This document shows positions 60,097-64,000 of a DNA stretch of 64,000 bases, one piece after another. The DNA is from an uncultured delta proteobacterium (GTDB lineage: Bacteria > Desulfobacterota > Binatia > UBA9968), in contig CAVUVW010000014.1 in the NCBI GenBank assembly GCA_963745035.1, positions 320,001 through 384,000 on the forward strand. Reading direction: 5' to 3'. How positions within the stretch are numbered: the stretch's first letter is position 1; each line of letters opens with the position of its first letter. The notes beneath the pieces are model-generated. The model did no database searches and was not told the DNA's origin. It saw only the letters and a list, made by a program, of their open reading frames with translations. The position numbers and the translations under genes are program-made.

Positions 60097-60129
60097 TCGG
60101 TAGAGTAGATCAACGAACGAGACTTTCCC

Positions 60130-61833
60130 ATGAACAAGCCCATCGAGACGGCAACTTCGACGATCACCGGCGCGGAGGCGGCAGTCGAGATGCTCCGAGC
60201 GCACGGCGTCGAGATTCTCTTCGGCCTGTGCGGCGATACCAGCTTGCCGTTCTACGACGCGCTGGCGCGCTTGCCGCACGGCATGCGCCACATACTCGCG
60301 CGCGACGAGCGCTCCGCCGCCTACATGGCCGACGGCTACGCGCGCGTGTCTGGCAAGGTCGGCATCTGCGAAGGTCCGAGCGGCGGCGGCGTGACTTATA
60401 TTCTGCCGGGGGTTGCCGAAGCCAACGAATCGTCGGTGCCGCTGTTATGCATCAATTCGGATATTTCCGTCGGCGCGCGCGGCCGCTTTACCCTGACGGA
60501 ACTGGATCAGGGCGCGCTCATGCGTCCGGTGACGAAATGGAACAGCGTGCTCGACAAAAGCGAAGATTTGCCGGGCGCGTTTCGCGAAGCTTTCAGGCAA
60601 ATGACCACCGGACGCCCGGGAGCCGCTCACATCGCTCTGCCCTTCGACGTGCAAAACGGCCTCGTGAATCGTACTGAAATTTGCGGCGATGCGAATTTTG
60701 GCCGGTATCCTGCCGAGCGCGCAGCGCCCGACTTAGATTCCGTCGAACGCGCCGCTCGATTGTTGCGTGAGGCGGCACGACCGGTTTTCATCTGCGGCGG
60801 CGGGGTGATGATCTCAGGCGCCGAGGCCGAACTCGCCCGACTCGCGGAGCGCCTTTCGGCGCCGGTCGCGACCACCATCAGCGGCAAAGGATCGATCAGC
60901 GAACATCATCCGCTTGCCACAGGCGTGGTCGGCTCCAACGGCGGCACCCCGGAGACCCGATCAATCGTAGATCAAGCCGACCTGATCATTTTCGTCGGCT
61001 GCCGCGCCGGCTCGGTGACCACCGAGCGCTGGCGCCATCCGGCGCCGGGAAAAACAAAGGTGGTTCACCTGGATGTGGACGAAAAGGTTCCCCGAACCAA
61101 CTATCCTGCTGACGCGGCGCTCCTCGGCGACGCGCAGCTCGGGCTTAGAATGTTGAACGAAGCGCTTGCCGATACACAGCGCCCGCTCGATGCAGCACTC
61201 GTGCAAAAGGCCAAGGAACAGAAATTCGCAAAGTTCCAGGCGCTCGCCGAGTCGCACGAAAAACCCATAAAACCGGAGCGCGTGGTTGCCGCGCTCGCCG
61301 GCGCGCTCGATGCCGATGCCATCGTCGTCGCTGACGCCGGCACGCCGTGCCCGTATTTTTCGGCCTATTATGAAGTGGGCGAAGCCGGCCGACGCTTTTT
61401 CTCTAACCGCGCCCACGGCGCACTCGGTTATTCGATGGCTGCCGCCATGGGCGCGCATTTCGCGAAGCCCCAAGTCAAATGCGTCTCGGTGATGGGCGAC
61501 GGCAGCTTCGGCTTCACCTGCGGCGAGCTCGAAACCGCCGCCCGCTACCGCCTGCCGATCACTTTTATCGTAATTTCAAACGCCAGCTACGGCTGGATCA
61601 AAGCCGGCCAAAAAGCCGGCTACGATCAACGCTATTTTTCCGTGGATTTCGCTGTAACGGATCACGCCGCCGTGGCAGCCGCCTTCGGCGTCAAGAGCTG
61701 GCGCGTGACCGAGCCCGGAGATTTGGCGAATTCATTGGGACAAGCCTTGGCGTACGGCGGGCCCAGTCTGGTGGACATCGTCTGTCAGCCGCTGCACGAA
61801 GCCAAAGCTCCGGTATCGGAGTGGATTGCGTGA
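60130..61833 (+). CDS. Thiamine pyrophosphate-binding enzyme (acetolactate synthase-like)
   Basis: RDERSAAYMADGYAR, GRPG, GDGSF…N TPP motif. Confidence 0.88.
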   Translation: MNKPIETATSTITGAEAAVEMLRAHGVEILFGLCGDTSLPFYDALARLPHGMRHILARDERSAAYMADGYARVSGKVGICEGPSGGGVTYILPGVAEANESSVPLLCINSDISVGARGRFTLTELDQGALMRPVTKWNSVLDKSEDLPGAFREAFRQMTTGRPGAAHIALPFDVQNGLVNRTEICGDANFGRYPAERAAPDLDSVERAARLLREAARPVFICGGGVMISGAEAELARLAERLSAPVATTISGKGSISEHHPLATGVVGSNGGTPETRSIVDQADLIIFVGCRAGSVTTERWRHPAPGKTKVVHLDVDEKVPRTNYPADAALLGDAQLGLRMLNEALADTQRPLDAALVQKAKEQKFAKFQALAESHEKPIKPERVVAALAGALDADAIVVADAGTPCPYFSAYYEVGEAGRRFFSNRAHGALGYSMAAAMGAHFAKPQVKCVSVMGDGSFGFTCGELETAARYRLPITFIVISNASYGWIKAGQKAGYDQRYFSVDFAVTDHAAVAAAFGVKSWRVTEPGDLANSLGQALAYGGPSLVDIVCQPLHEAKAPVSEWIA

Positions 61834-61835
61834 AG

Positions 61836-61922
61836 CAGGCATTAGGCGCTAGGCAACAGGCAACAGTAAGTCAAAATCGTTCTTCGTTTTCACTGTTGCC
61901 TAATGCCTGTTGCCTGTTGCCT
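61836..61922. repeat. Inverted heptamer-repeat element ((C/T)AGGCAA units) between convergent genes
   Basis: caggcattaggcgctaggcaacaggcaacagt … actgttgcctaatgcctgttgcctgttgcct. Confidence 0.75.
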
Positions 61923-61932
61923 TTTTAATTCT

Positions 61933-62387
61933 TCAGCCGCACTTTGCTGCCGAGATTGGCGCAGTCTTCGTCGGTCTTGAGACCCGCGGCGCGGATGCCG
62001 TGCGCGGCGAGTTCCTCGTCGCGCTCCTGGGTATCGCCGGTGACGCCGACGGCGCCGAGCAGCTCGCCATTTTGAGTCGCGGACCAGCATGCCGCCGCCT
62101 TCGGGAAAAATCTGATCGTCGGAAGCGCGGATCAAATACTGCATGAACAGCGGTCGTTCCTCGGTACGCATGCGCACCAACGACGAAGAGCGCCCCAGAG
62201 CCAGCGCCGCGTACGCTTTGCCGAAGGCCATCTCGAATCGCATCATCGCGGAGTCGTCTTCTTTTTGAAACGCTTTGACCTTGGCGCCGGGCTCGACGAC
62301 GATCACGCTCATCGGCCGGCAATTCAGCTCGCGGGCCCGAGAAAAGATCGCGGTGATGATCCGGTTTGCCTGCTCCAGATTGATCAT
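61933..62387 (-). CDS. GlcG/HbpS heme-binding family protein (frameshift near 62075)
   Basis: V.VV..G, A.GKAY.A, GG…(G)ELLGAVGVTG..…DEE.A..GI. Confidence 0.8.
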
Positions 62388-62548
62388 ATCGATCCCTTCC
62401 GAGGGAGGGATTGATGAACGCTATCAAGACTCGACCCGCACAGAGTTTTCTGACCAAAGGGACGGATGCTTCACCATAACTGATTTATGAGTTTACGCTC
62501 GCCTCAGATAATAAATGGGAAGTTATCACGGCACGATTCCCGCCAGTC

Positions 62549-62651
62549 GTCATTCCCCGCACGCGGAAATCCAGGTTTTGTTTTCGCGAATTAGCCTGGA
62601 TACCCGCCCCCGCTTTCGCGAGGGCATGCTTTCGAATCGCTGGTATGACGG
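62549..62651. repeat. Degenerate GTCATTCCCGC…ATCCAG / CTGGAT…ATGAC REP-like element
   Basis: cgtcattccccgcacgcggaaatccagg … cctggatacccgc…ggtatgacg. Confidence 0.55.
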
Positions 62652-62769
62652 AACCAACTACTCCCCCAGCTGCTAACATTCGCACCCTTCTTTCGAAAGA
62701 GCCGCGAAGGCCACGACAATTATCTAAACTAAATCTTGGCGTCCTTCGCGCCTTGTGGTTAGGCCAGTC

Positions 62770-63630
62770 TTAACTGAACAAAACGGCCGCCAGCTCGGAG
62801 CGATATTTATCCGTGAGCGGGTCGTCCGGTCCCAGGACCTCAAAGATCTGCAGCATCGCCTTGCGCGCGCCGTCGTCCTGAAAGTTACGATCGGCGCGCA
62901 CGATGTGCAGAAACTCCTTGAGCGCTTCTTCATACTTTTCCGCGCCTGCAAGCGCCTGGGCGAGCTCGTAGCGCGCCGCCAAATTGTTCGGCTCCGCCTT
63001 TACTTTCTCTCTGAGGGCGTTCAGGTTCTCCGCCGCGCCGCCCTGGAGCTTGAGGCGGGCAATCAAACGATCGGCATCCTTGCGCGCGTCGTCGACCAGA
63101 GAAATTTTCTCTAGATGCTCCAGTGCGGCGTCGTTGTCTCCTTCGTTCATCGCGAGCCGGCCGAGCCCGAGCAGTGCCTTGGCATGATTGGGATCGACGT
63201 CGATGATCGCCTGGTACGCGCGCTTGGCCTCGGCGGTTTTTCCGGCCGCCTCCAGCTCGGCCGCCTCGTCGGCTTCTTTGTCCGCGGCGGTGGGCAGGAA
63301 CTTGGACAAAAACTCCCGCACCATCGGCTCGGGCAGTGCGCCGGTGAATTCTGAAGCCAGGTCACCATCCTTGAAAAGCTTCACCGCCGGGATGCCTTGA
63401 ATGCCGAACACGCCGGCGAGATTCGGATTTTCATCGACGTTCACCTTGGCGAGCCGAAATTCTCCTTTGTACTCGTCGGCAAGCTTTTCCAGCAGCGGTC
63501 CGAGGGTTTTGCATGGTCCGCACCACGGCGCCCAGAAGTCCACCAGCACGGGAACTTCGGTGGAGCGCTCCAAGACCTCGCTCTCGAAATTTTCCTCGCC
63601 AACGTCGGTAGTCCACTGATTCATTTGCAA
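62770..63630 (-). CDS. cnoX: Thioredoxin-TPR chaperedoxin (CnoX/YbbN family)
   Basis: [11 protein letters not shown] plus TPR repeats, ending [11 protein letters not shown]. Confidence 0.88.
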   Translation of the reverse strand: MQMNQWTTDVGEENFESEVLERSTEVPVLVDFWAPWCGPCKTLGPLLEKLADEYKGEFRLAKVNVDENPNLAGVFGIQGIPAVKLFKDGDLASEFTGALPEPMVREFLSKFLPTAADKEADEAAELEAAGKTAEAKRAYQAIIDVDPNHAKALLGLGRLAMNEGDNDAALEHLEKISLVDDARKDADRLIARLKLQGGAAENLNALREKVKAEPNNLAARYELAQALAGAEKYEEALKEFLHIVRADRNFQDDGARKAMLQIFEVLGPDDPLTDKYRSELAAVLFS

Positions 63631-63681
63631 TGCTCTCTTATCTCCAGCCGTTTAAGCTATTTGGACGGCTTGAACGATTCT

Positions 63682-63927
63682 TTATTTTGCGATGATCGCT
63701 TTGGCGAAATTGCGCACGTTGGCCGCCACCGGACGCATGGCGTAAACGACCGTCTCCCAAATCTCGTCCTCGCTCGCGCCCAGCTCCCGCGCCCGGCCCA
63801 GGTGAAGTTTCGCGCCGTGCTCATGGCCGATCGCCAAATTGACTGCAAACAAGATAAGCTGCGCCGCCTTCGGATCCAGCGAACCTTCTTTGTACTTTAC
63901 GTTGAAAAATTCTTTGTCCGTCGTCAT
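63682..63927 (-). CDS. Small carboxymuconolactone decarboxylase-family protein
   Basis: LDPK..QLI..AV…H..RARELGASEDEI.E; GGAGG RBS. Confidence 0.75.
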   Translation of the reverse strand: MTTDKEFFNVKYKEGSLDPKAAQLILFAVNLAIGHEHGAKLHLGRARELGASEDEIWETVVYAMRPVAANVRNFAKAIIAK

Positions 63928-64000
63928 CGCATCACCTCCAAGCGGTCATCGGAATCGGAAGGTACGAAACTCACCGCGGAGACGCGGAGTACGCCAAGAA

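Overview
A GC-rich bacterial chromosome segment. The 16S rRNA is deltaproteobacterial-type and there are many orphan Bug/NMT1 solute-binding proteins, which fits Candidatus Binatia/Binatota (inference). Many single-base frameshifts, including in essential genes, point to long-read assembly errors. Core content: a full rRNA operon (16S, tRNA-Ile, tRNA-Ala, 23S, 5S), zapB-zapA-(6S RNA)-ygfA-rny-ymdB-tyrS, kdsB-pyrG-kdsA-kdsD-kdsC-lptCAB-rpoN-ptsN-rapZ-ptsH, metK-ahcY, putA, a large diguanylate cyclase and several catabolic genes. Four signals stand out. (1) A ~14 kb NikR-headed metal uptake/delivery island with a TonB-dependent receptor, His-rich MFS, a His-rich RAPP arrest-peptide protein, a Cys-motif BNR propeller, TlpA, two SCO proteins, two methyltransferases and three paralogous fusions with a Cox11/CtaG-like domain that keeps only one Cys. 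(2) An unannotated CxxU AhpD/CMD selenoprotein with a SECIS-like hairpin. (3) A consensus promoter upstream of kdsB-pyrG with a pyrC-like T6-C7-C8-G9 start region whose first bases form the base of an intrinsic terminator, a candidate CTP-sensing attenuator. (4) A long 6S-like RNA and a second structured intergenic RNA candidate.
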